From the human T2T-CHM13v2.0 reference genome, Homo sapiens: a stretch of DNA of 64,000 nt. Of the stretch, positions 51,910 through 64,000 are shown one piece after another (the first letter of the stretch is position 1; every line of letters starts with the position of its first letter). Below the pieces are notes generated by a model. That model made no database searches and was not told the origin of the DNA. It saw nothing but the letters and a program-made list of their open reading frames with translations. The translations under genes and the position numbers were made by a program. Location: NCBI RefSeq assembly GCF_009914755.1, contig NC_060938.1; one strand, given 5' to 3'.

Positions 51910-53443
51910 TGCTAACTTTCAAAAAGAAGCTCAGGTTAAATTTAAGCATACCCTAGTGGTGTGAACCACTCTAGTCAAACTTTCTTCCAGAGATTTATCA
52001 TCTATTTGACAAAACATGAAGTTTCCAGTGATAGCTGTTCTGTCAACATAAAACAGTGTATCTTGAATAACACATTTTTTTAAATTTTCTGGAGTACTGC
52101 ATGTGCACGTGCGTGTGGTAGTAGGCAACTGCTCAAATGTCAGTTTTGAGATGTTGTTGGTGGGCCTGTGTTTATCTGTAACTGTATTTATGTAGGTGTC
52201 TCTTCAGAAATATGTCTGAACTGGTCAATTTGTTGTACAGAGAGTGAAAGAAACATAAATGTTCACAAATATTTTCTATGACATCATCAGTAAATTTCAC
52301 TGATTTCTAAATTTAATAAAATGTCATCTTGCATATTTTTGAAAATGCATTTAAAGTAACACATGTAACTATATCTATTTGTATCTGGTTAAATTCCAGA
52401 AGAATGTTCCAGTTGAAAATATGATTCCTATTAATTGTAAGGGTCTCAAGCATTAAACATGAGAAAAATAATAATGTTTATAATGTAAATAATTGAAAAC
52501 AGATATTCTAATTTTTGAAAAACACATTAAATGGAGATATAAATACTAGATAAAGTTGCATTTCCTAAACTCTGTGTAACTGTGAGCCTGAAGAAATTCC
52601 CCAGGATGGTTAAAACTATGCACATGTATTTGATGAATGAAAATATTCTAAATCTAGATATTTTAGGCAAATTATTATTATATTAAAATAGTATTCACTT
52701 ATCCTCTATTTGATTTAAAATGAGACCATATTAGAAATAATTTTTCTAGATGAAATTTATAAAAATGTTAAAAATATTTCAATAAGGTATTTTGTTTGTT
52801 TGTTTGTTTGTTTGTTTTTGCAGCCCATGGAGATCTCCCATTTGCCTTCTTGGGGAAAATTATTGCCAAATAAACATTATATTTAATGATATAGAAGGAA
52901 AGTGAAAAATTATGTTAAGAGTTTTCAACTATTAAAAAGTGTTTTACATTTGTCTTCAACCTTCTTTATGTGATATTTTTCTTACTGATTTACCTAAATG
53001 GTTACTTTGAATAAAATGAATATGAATTTGTGTGTTCACAGCAAATAACTATAAAATTATGTTTTTAAATACTTGGTTAACTAAGTGATAGAAGTTTTTG
53101 ATCAAAGTTCTCAAGTGTTAACCTCTAACACACTTACATATCCATTACCATGTTAAAGATAGAATTATATAACACCTCAGATATCAGGGTGTTACCAGAC
53201 TGCATCAGCAGTTTTATAAATGTCAACTACTGATTATTACATGTGAAAGTGCAGCAGCACAGGAAAACATCGAACTGGCCTTTTGGCAATCACTGGAGTA
53301 TTACATTTGAAAGGTCAGATGTACATGATTATTTTACCTGTGTCACTTTGTTGGGAGGAGAATAGCTGAACCACTCACAACTTGTACAATTTCCCCTTAA
53401 TACTCCAAGAGCTAAGGCAAAAAAATATGGAAATGGAAAGTAA

Positions 53444-53802
<359 letters not shown>

Positions 53803-54759
53803 CTATTTTACACAAATGAATATTTGCAGTTAAAAATCAGGGATAATAATAACAATTTGTATTTCATTAGAGTAAGTATATGATACAGCTTTCAGATCTA
53901 ATATACTTATCTTAAATAACTGGTAGTAAAATGGCATAAATAATTATTGTATATCTTATTCTGTATCTACTTATTGTCTGCATATATTTTGACTTGTATT
54001 TTCTATTTTGTTGGCACAGGATTTTATATGACCAATTTAAACGTTATCAGCTCTTAACTTGTTTCAGTTCTTCCTCAAACAAAAATTCTGAAGGTACATT
54101 TTGAGATTTCCTTAACAGCTATGAAAATATTAATTCACTAACCACGAGCATGTGACACCTACATTCTTTGGGCATCTACTTGCAAACACAACACCCTAAC
54201 TTAATACTGCAGAAATAGTTCCACATCAGTTTTTTAAAGCTTCTTGAGAATCAATAGCATTACCTATGAATATTTCTCACTTTTCATGATGTAAGGTAGA
54301 ATACAATGACTTTAATGTGACACCAATATTCAGGACCCAGAATAAGCAGACAAGCAGAGGCATATCCCCAGATACTTATATGAATCATCAAGGTTAGAAC
54401 TGTTTTTTTCTGGACTTCCTTAGGGCATACACAGTGTATAATTTACATAATTTTTAGATAATACTTTCACAAAAACAAAGAAGGCAAAATTCAAACCAAA
54501 AATATCATCTTTTAAGAGATTTTAAGAGAAATGTAGTTAGTGAAGATTATTGTATCATTTAAATATATTAGAACAAAATATTTATAGATTAATTGAATAA
54601 TTTATCCAATTCAGACAATGAGATATTGACGTATTCAACTTGTATCATCAGTATCTCTAAATCTTTCTGCGTAGGATTCATACATATCTTTAATATCTAA
54701 ATGAAAAGACACATTAAAACTAATCTAAAAATAACCTAAAAGCTTATAGTCTAGAGAGA

Positions 54760-56310
54760 ATGTTATCTGAAGCTACCAATGTCCTTTAAAAGTGGAGATT
54801 TTTAAAGAGACTTGACTTTCTTTAAAAACAACATTCCAGAAACAAACATTTCCAGGGTGACAGAATAAGAGCCTCCAAAATTGACCCCACATACAAGTAA
54901 CAAGAGTCCTGGCAAATATTGTCAAAAATCACATTTTTCCTAACTGTGAAAATTAACCAAAGCTTGTAAAAATTCAATGATCAGAAACATTTCAACAGCA
55001 AAATTTTTTTTATTTGAAATATGGGTAAATTCATTACTTTGACTTGGCACCAAGACTTTTATGAGAGATCTGCCACCGTGACTCAAAGACTTCCCACCAG
55101 GTCCCACCTCCAGCATCGGGGATTGCTCTTCAACATGAGATTTGGAGTGGACAAACATGTAAACAATATGAGCTGGGACGGAGAGAGAAAGATAGGGAGA
55201 GATGTGTTAACAGTTACAAAATCACAGCTAGATAGGAGGAATGAGCTCAAGTAGTCTATACCACTGTAGAAGGACTACAGTTAACAATAATATATGATAT
55301 AGTTTCAAATAGCTAGAGGACATTGAAAGTTTCTAGTGCAAATAACTGATACATTCTTGAGATAATAGACATGCTAATTACCCTGATCTGCTCACTATAC
55401 TGTATAGGTATTAAAACATTACTATGTACTTCATGAAGATGTGGAATTATTACTTTTCAATTTAAAAAATAAAATTAAATAAGAAAATAAGATGAGTTTC
55501 AGTAAGAACAGGGATGTTTGTACTGTTTTAATGTACCTACATCCCGTATCTCTCTCTGCATCTTTGTGGTACTCTTAGTAATCAGTAACGTCAAATTATG
55601 GCAGCTGAGAAAACTGGCATCCAAGCAGACACTTGAGAGGCAAAAAATAATTTGTGTTCCCTAAAGACCCATCCCAAGAGAATTACTACTATTTGACCTG
55701 TCTGGCAATTTCCTGTGAAAAGCCTTGTTTTATTTGAACTGACTCAGATTTCCCTCAGTGATAAAATTTCTATCATCAAAAAATTGTCTAAAAAATCAGG
55801 GGAAATTGTTGACTACTGTAGTAGTATGAGGCAGTAACATCAAGTGGAGCAAACATATGATTGGCCAATAAATTTTTTAAAAACTGAAAAATGAGATATT
55901 CATTGGGGGCCTTGAAAAGCTCTCTGATATATTAATGGGGGCCACACACAGAAAAGAGAGAAAACCCTAATTTCTGGCTTCTGACAGTAATTCAGGCTCT
56001 GTGCAAGCTGGAAGTGGAAGCTAAGGTAGAGGTGTAAACTTCCAGATCATTGAAGGCATGCCTCAATTCAAATAGAGCTCCTTAAGAAATAGTGAGATAA
56101 ATATTGGTCCAAGACATTTAAAAAAAATCTCTGTCCAAGCATTAGCAGGCCACTAAGCTAATAGAGAAGAGATGTTAGTGGCCACACATGAAAAGAATAA
56201 AAAAAAGATTTTAGAAAATTAGTCCAGGCAAACAGCAATAATGATAAATCCTGAGAAAGGAGGGGGCATCTGATTCCCAGAGTTTTCATAGTATATTATT
56301 AAAAATATCC
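54760..56310. mobile_element. Mosaic of old L1M pieces with an MST-like LTR fragment (~55040-55170) and an L1MA 3' end (~55175-55480)
   Basis: CCCACCAGGTCCCACCTCCAGCA...CAACATGAGATTTGG (MST); ACAGCTAGATAGGAGGAATGAG...GCTAATTACCCTGAT (L1MA). Confidence 0.6.
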
Positions 56311-56317
56311 AATTATT

Positions 56318-56678
<361 letters not shown>

Positions 56679-58749
56679 TTAAAAATTTGGACAGGTCCTC
56701 TTAAATATGAAACTATATAAAAGACTCTTCTTTAAAAGTAAGTTTAAGGAAAATGAATATAAGACTCTAACAGATTAATTTTTAAATCAAGGCAAAGGAA
56801 ATGGTGGGAATAGTTGTACAACACAACTCTGCTGGCATCTTCAAGATACTAATGACTTGAAAAATAAAATAAAATAAATGTGGTGGAACTGCTGTAAAAT
56901 TGGAATAAAGAGAAAGGACAACCAAATGCCAGGCAAAAAAGTGCCAACCAAGTAATCTGAGTCTTCTTGGCCTTTTTAAATGTTTTTCTTAAAATTTTAA
57001 AAGTTAGAAAGTTGAAAATATAAAATTAGATATCACATTTTTAAAACCCTTAGAAAAATAAGTAACAAAATATTGTATAATATTATATATAATGCAATAA
57101 AATATGTTATTTTATATAAAGTTATTTAAACCTGAAGTCTTTTTCCACCTAATAATAAAAGGATTATCCTTTCCAGAGCTCCAGAGTAAAATGAAATCTG
57201 TTTCAACGAAAGCATGTACAGTAAGGAATTAACTGTCTCAATAAACAAAATATAGACATAACTGATAGAACTCAAGCCGTCAAAAATTTCAAGGTCTCAA
57301 ATCACACAATCTGCAACGAAAAAGTAATCTCATTATTCTTTAGAAGATGCACCATGTTACTGAACTGTACTCCCTTCTGCCAAGTCTGTTCACTAGATTC
57401 AATTTAATTGGGAATGATCGGTTAATGGGAAAATTATCAGGATGGATTGCAAGCAAAAGCAGTGCAATTTCTTCAATAAACATTTTTGTTCATGTAGTTA
57501 TGTTTGGCCTAGGCACTGTGAATTTATATGACTATTGGCTAAAAATATTAGAAAATCCAATTAACAGTGGTTTGTAACTCAATATTGTTCATATCATTAG
57601 AAAACAAAAAGACTAAAAGAGACTGGTGGTGTTTCAGGTTTTCAAAGACTTGGGTACCTTGCATCTTTCTGTCTAGTATATAATCAAATATTAATATTTC
57701 ACATGCACTTATAAAATAGGAATATGTGGTCAGATTTCTATAAATGTGATTGTTCAGTTCCTATATATTTTGCTAATTTTCTGCTCTTTATTATGTGAAA
57801 TAGAAATTACAGCATACCCTATTTTCAATAACTATTTTGAATGAATCTTATCCAAAGTTGCCTGATTTGGGTGTTTGCTTTCTGCCTATAAATAACAGCA
57901 TTAAGCCTGTAAAGAGCATGCAGCTACATTTTGTACATTGTATATTATGTGTTTTATCTACACTGAGACTATTTTAATTAGCATATTAAAAATTTATCTC
58001 TAATGGCTTCTTTTCACTCACTAAATCATACTATTTTGTATTATTTTAATTCTTGCAAGGTTTGTCTTTTTTTTCTTCTTGCTTTCCTGTGTTCGATCTG
58101 ATTGATCCCCTTTACCTTTTTCATAGTTATCTTTTATAATTTTAACGTGCATTTTTACCTTGACAGTCTCAATTCAGTCAAAATTTATATTTTCCTAGTA
58201 AGCAATGCAATTACAGTTACCTCAAATAGAGGTTAACTGCTGTTACAAAGATTCAACATAACACTTTATTTAACGTAACTATCTAGAAACATACGCTCAT
58301 GTTTGAGTACTTAAAATAATGCCCTGCCATGCACAGTCACAAATTTTATGAGTTTGTCGAAAAACATGCATCAGTACCAGCAGTAACAGGAGCTTCACGA
58401 ATCTACTTCCTGATCTATGAATCACTACTTCTGGAAGATTTTGGTCAGCTATAACAACAACAAATATACAACAAAAAATGCACACACATATTTGTTTGTA
58501 TATGTATGCACACACACTCATATACACATATACAAACACATAGACAGCATGATGAATACATGTGGAGTTAAAGTTAAGAAACTGAGGTTTCATCTAGAGG
58601 CTCCCAGTTTGGGAAGTACTCATGTAAACTTGACTCAAAATACAACTTATCTGCTAACTTCTTCATTCCTTGTTCTCTTTCCATGCAGACCCACTAGATT
58701 TCACTCTACAGCATTTGAATACAAGCCCCATATATTCATGTAAATTTTT

Positions 58750-58750
<1 letters not shown>

Positions 58751-58788
<38 letters not shown>

Positions 58789-58796
58789 CATACATA
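58751..58796. repeat. (CA)n microsatellite
   Basis: Seen directly in the sequence. Confidence 0.95.
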
Positions 58797-59994
58797 CCAC
58801 ATCATAACTAAAGATTTAATAATTTGATAACTACTCTGAAGATTTGGAAGTCTATTTAGTTACAAAATATTTACATTGACTAATATTTTATGAGAATAAA
58901 AAACAGATCATTCAGCTACTTTCACCTTTTCATAATTGCTTTCTAATTTTGCTTCTGCTTTAATTTGATGGGTTACCTGAGCACCAGGGCTTAAAATGTC
59001 TTATTTTGTAGAACATAGAAGTTTAATTCCAGAATGATGTCTTCTAAGCATGGTTGAGTACTTTTATTACTCCATACAGTTTTGGAATTGAGATATTTTC
59101 AAGAATACTAAAATGTTTTCCATTTTCATGTAAAGTTTTCAGCAATTTTTATTATTTCAAACTCAAGTGTGTATTTTTTTATTTCTATTCAAAATCCTGT
59201 GCCCAAGTGGTATTATAAGTTTGTAGTCCTTGAAATCTTATCTGAAACTGGAAAAGAATGCTCTGATAATCCCCAGAATAATCAATTATTTCACAGAAAT
59301 TCTTAGGGTTGTAAATTATTACTGTAAGTCACTCTGACTTTACAGTAATCACTCTACCTGACATAGTCAACTGTATTTCCTTAGAAAATAAAAAAGAATA
59401 TGTATTATTAGGTAGCTTAGATAGTCCTTGATTTAAGTAAAATAAAATATGATTTTGAGATTTTGCTTAATCATATGTTAAATTCAAGTTCAATTAGCTT
59501 ATGTTTACAGAAAAACCTGCTTTCATAATATTTAAGGTAGTAATTAATGAAGAAAATATATATCCTTTAGTCTTAAACATAAACTCACCCCCAAGGAAAG
59601 ATAATAAAAGTTAATAGCTAAATTTAAATTTAAATGTCTACTGTAAATACACAAACTATCATTCATAGAATAACATGATGTGGCATGACAGAAAAATATT
59701 TCACTCAATGGTTAATACATTTCTAATTATTTAAAATTAGTGATAACATATAAGATGTATCAACATTAATGTTGAATTTTATATTTGAGGATAATGAGAT
59801 AATCCATAGGAATAACGAATTCTTTATTATGCTGAAATGTTTTTAAATTTCACAACAGTCTGGCTAATTGAGTGCATAATTCTCAGTACATTAAAATACC
59901 TAGTTTTTTTCACTAAAACTTTACAATCTTTATACATTATTAAATACCTATTTGAATGAGTCCAGAAATAATGTTACAAGTTTGCAGTCAGTTT

Positions 59995-60530
59995 AATTTT
60001 TTAAAATATAGGATTCAGGGGATACATGTACATGTTTGTTATATTAGTATACTGTGTATTGCCGAGGTTTGGGGTATGGATGGTCCCATCTGTCACCCAG
60101 ATAGTGAGCATGGTACACATTAGGTAGTTTTTCAGTCCATGTTTTCCTCCTCGCTTTTATCCATTCTTGTAGTTCCCATTGTCTATTGCTCCCATCTTTA
60201 TGTCCATGTATATTTGATGTTTAGCTCCCACTTACAAGTGAGAACATGCAGTATTTGGATTTCTGTTCCTGTGTTAATTTGCTTAGGATAATTGCCTCCT
60301 GCATTATCCATGTTGCTATAAAGGACATGATTCTCTTCTTTTTGTGGCTGTGTAGTATTTCATGGTGTATGTGTACCACATCTCATCTGTCCAGTCCACC
60401 ACTGTTGGGCACCTAGGCTCATTCCATGTCTTTGTTATTGTGAATAGTGATGCGACGAACATATGAGTGTGTCTATCTTTTTGGTAGAATAATTTATTTC
60501 CCTTTGGGTTTATACCTAGTTATGAGATTG
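59995..60530 (-). mobile_element. L1 (L1PA16/L1PB-like) 3' end
   Basis: GGATTCAGGGGATACATGTACATGTTTGTT...TTTAGCTCCCACTTACAAGTGAGAACATGCAGTATTTGG. Confidence 0.85.
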
Positions 60531-60532
60531 CT

Positions 60533-61968
60533 TCAACAAAGGTCCCAAGAACACACAAAAGGAAAGGACAGTCTCTTCAACAAGTAGTGTTGGGAAAACT
60601 GGATATTTCACGTACAGAAGAAATATGTTAGACCCTTATGTCACATCATATGAAAATCAACTCAAAATGGATTAAAGACTTAAATGTAAGACCTGAAACT
60701 ATAAAACTACTAGAAGAAAACAGAGGGAAGTAATGTCAGCTGGATGACATTTTGGGCAGTCATTTGTTGGATAAAAATATCACGACCTACAAAATTTTAG
60801 AAAGACAAGTGGGATACATCAAACTGAAAAGCTTCTGTACAACAATATTAAAACAAAAACAAAAACAACAGAATAAAGATACAACCTAAGAAATGTGAGA
60901 AATATTTGTAAACCGTACCTCTAATAGTGTTAATATACAGAATATATAAGAATCTCAAACAACTCAGTCACAATAAAACAAATAACCCAATTTAAAAGTG
61001 GGCAAAGTACCTGAATAGACATTTCTCAAAAGACATACAGATGGCCAATAGTTATATGAAAAATGCTTGGCAACAGTAATCATCAAAGAAATGCAAATGA
61101 GAACAATAATGAGGTATTACTTCACACCTGTCAGAATAGCTATAATAAAAAAGACTAAAGATAAGGGTTGGTGAGGATGTGGAGAAAGGGAAACTTTTGT
61201 ACGCTGTTAGTGGGAATACAAATTAGTACAGCCATTATGGAAAACAATATGGAGGTTCCTCAGAAAATTAAAAATTGAACTATTGTATTATCCAGCAATC
61301 TGGGTGCTGGGCATAAACGCAGAGGAAATAAAATCAATGTCAAAGAGATACTTGCACTACCGTGTTCATTGCATCATTATGCACAATAGCCAAGATATAG
61401 AATCAACCGAAGTGCCCATCAGTGAATGAATGGATTAAAAATGTAGTACATACACACAGTGGACTATTATTCAGCCTTAAAAAAGGAAATTCTATCATTT
61501 GTGATAACACAGATGGACCTCAAAGACATTATGTTAAGTGAAATAAGCCAGGTACAGAAAGGCAAATATCACATGATCTCAATTTTATGTAGAATCTAAA
61601 AATGTTGTACTCATGAAAATGAAGAGTAGAATGATGGTTACCAGGGACTAGGGCAATGGGATGGGTTTGGGGAGATGTTGGTCAAAGGACACAAAATTTT
61701 AGTTAGGTAGGAGGAATAAATTCAAGAGATCTGCTATATAATATCATGTCTATAGTTAATAACAACATGTTGTATTCTTAAAATTGCTAAGGGAGTCGAC
61801 TTTAAGTGTTCTCACCATACAAAAAAATGCTAAGCTTGTGAGGTAATTCTTATGTTAATCAGTCTTATTTAGCCATTTCACATTGTATGTATATTTCAAT
61901 CAAAACATTATACCCAATAAGCATGTGCAATATTCATTTCTCAATTAAAAATAAGTTAATTTAAAAAA
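60533..61968 (+). mobile_element. L1MA ORF2 3' part plus 3' UTR
   Basis: AAGGACAGTCTCTTCAACAAG...TGGATTAAAGACTTAAATGTAAGACCTG...TTAGGTAGGAGGAATAAATTCAAGAGATCT... Confidence 0.88.
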
Positions 61969-63148
61969 TTACTTGACTATATATTATTTCTTGGGATAAT
62001 AATACTAATACAACTTCACCAAGAATTACTTTCAAGCAATTTTTTAACTTTCACAATTCATTTACAAGAATTCCTCAGATTGTGATAATAAAAACAGAGC
62101 AACAGTTGAATGCAAAATAAGATTATGAAAACTTTGAAATAAATCATAGTTATTAAACAACTGGCTATATTATTGAATATTTGTGTTAAATGTCACCAAA
62201 ACATCCAATGCCTATTGATTGACCAAACTAATAAATAGATTTTTACTTTGGAATTGTAATATAATTCTGAGAGATGATTAGCTATTATTTCCAATAACTT
62301 AGAATTATTTTGTAAGAACTCCAACTAATGAAAGCTTTTGACTAAAATGAAGCCTATTATATGCTCCCAAACAATAATGTTTAGAAATATGCTCTATCAC
62401 TAGTGAGGAATACAAGCTGTATGTGATGTCCACAGACTTGATCATTTGAATTTTGCCAAGATATTCATTCTTAAATAAAAATATAGTCACTCTAACTACT
62501 TAACCTAAATTCTCTTCCCATCAACCAATAGGGGATAAAGTCCAAAGCATTAGAATTATCTATGAGGCTCTTGATATGACTCAACTTTTTGCTCAGTCTC
62601 AGCTCCTACCATTTTCATAACACAGCTTCCATGCCAATCATATTTAATAGTTCTTCAAATCCATGATGAGCCCCAAGTATTTAAGATTGGCATATTCTGT
62701 CTTCTCTAATTAGATTCCTCTTTCAATACTTATTTTTACAGCTAGAGAATACTTGAGAAAAGTTCAGATGAAATCACACTATTCTTTCTCTTCATCATTT
62801 CTATTTCATGATAAGAGTTAATTAGGTTAGCCTCCTGCAACATAAATATTTTATGATAATAATGTTGGGCAAATACATTGTTGAGATTTAAATGTGTGAA
62901 TTTATTATGGTAATCCTCATATATATCAATTAATAATTATGGAAATTATACTTACAGATTATGAAACTTGAGGTTAAGGACAATACATAAATCAAACATA
63001 TAATAATGATATAATTAATGTTTGAATCATCTATTTCTGAGGTCAAATTTCTATGCTAAAACCCACTACTTTGCTGTATTTCTACCTAGAACATATCATA
63101 CCATGCATACTTAATGCAAATATTTGTATATGTACATGTTTTTCACAT

Positions 63149-63707
63149 TGTATTAGTGAGGGTTCTCTAGAGGGACATAGCTAATAGGATATATGTATAT
63201 ATGAGAGGGAGTTTATTAAAGAGAATTGACTCACACAATCACAAGGTAAAGTCCCATGATAGGCCACCTGCAAGTTGAGGAGCAAGGAATCCAGTGGTAA
63301 AATAGTCTGAGTCCCAAAATCTCAAAAGTAGGGAAGCTGACAGTGCAGGATTCAGTCTGTGGCCAAAGGCCCAAGAGCCCCTGGCAAACCACTGATGTAA
63401 GTCCAAGAGCCTAAAAGCTGAAGAACTTGGAGTCTGATGTTTGAGGGCAGGAAGCATCCAGCACAGGAGAAAGATGAAGGTCAGAAGACTCAGCAAGTCT
63501 CCTCTTCCATCTTCCCCTGTCTGCTTTATTCTAGCTGTGCTGGCACCTGATTAGATGGTGTCTACACATATGGAGGATGAGTCTCCCTCTCTCAGTCCAC
63601 TGACTCAAATGTTAATTTCCTTTGGCAACACCCTCACAGACACACCCAGGAACAATACTTTGCATCTTTCAATACAATCAAATTGACACTCAATATTAAC
63701 CATCATA
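63149..63707 (-). mobile_element. MLT2A2-like (HERV-L) solo LTR
   Basis: Homologous to 51486-51909 with additional internal sequence. Confidence 0.9.
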
Positions 63708-63936
63708 CATGATATATTTTTGAGCAAAATTTTTCCATGTTTGTTTTCACAGATTCTGAAAACAGTATGTACTTAATAGATGAAATGTGTTAGATCTCCT
63801 CACATCATTATTTCAACCTAAGAAAAAATATATATTATGTATTATGATTATCTTATTTTTTTCACATAGATTACATCAATACGAGTACCACCTTCAAAGA
63901 CAACTATATGAATCACCTTAAAAAGTGCAGCTTATG

Positions 63937-64000
63937 GGCCAGGTGCGGTGGCTGACACCTGTAATCCCAGCACTTTGGGAGGCCGAGGCGGGCAGATCAC
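63937..64000 (+). mobile_element. Alu 5' end (cut by the window edge)
   Basis: GGCCAGGTGCGGTGGCTGACACCTGTAATCCCAGCACTTTGGGAGG. Confidence 0.93.

Noticed and set aside
59995-61968. Twin-priming inverted single L1
   Set aside because: Each half has its own, different 3' UTR, so these are two separate truncated L1s back to back

Overview
This is hominid (human-like) nuclear DNA: AT-rich, gene-poor and dominated by repeats, with no intact host protein-coding gene recognisable. It holds about 10 Alu/FLAM SINEs and many old L1 fragments. A young L1PA2/3-type element (30785-36285) keeps an intact ORF1 and antisense ORF0, while its ORF2 is frameshifted and internally deleted. A two-LTR MER41A provirus (9363-16427) has a TSD, a tRNA-Arg-type PBS and a PPT, and carries nested AluY and LTR12 insertions plus an embedded tRNA-like Pol III cassette. 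There is also a 5'-truncated ERV1 pol-env with a MER51-like 3' LTR (about 44600-50436), THE1/MLT1/MLT2A LTRs, and MER30 and half-MADE1 DNA elements. The most unusual structure is an ancient, rearranged ARHGAP17 (RICH1/nadrin) retrocopy at about 24694-29570. It consists of a sense 5'UTR/N-terminus, an inverted second copy of part of the BAR domain, an L1 carrying a templated inverted snippet, and the main BAR-RhoGAP body with an in-frame 66-bp tandem duplication. The duplicated pieces share changes relative to ARHGAP17 as I recall it. Family names come from recall of consensus sequences, not from a search. I see no convincing wholly new biological system; the findings are hypotheses to test.
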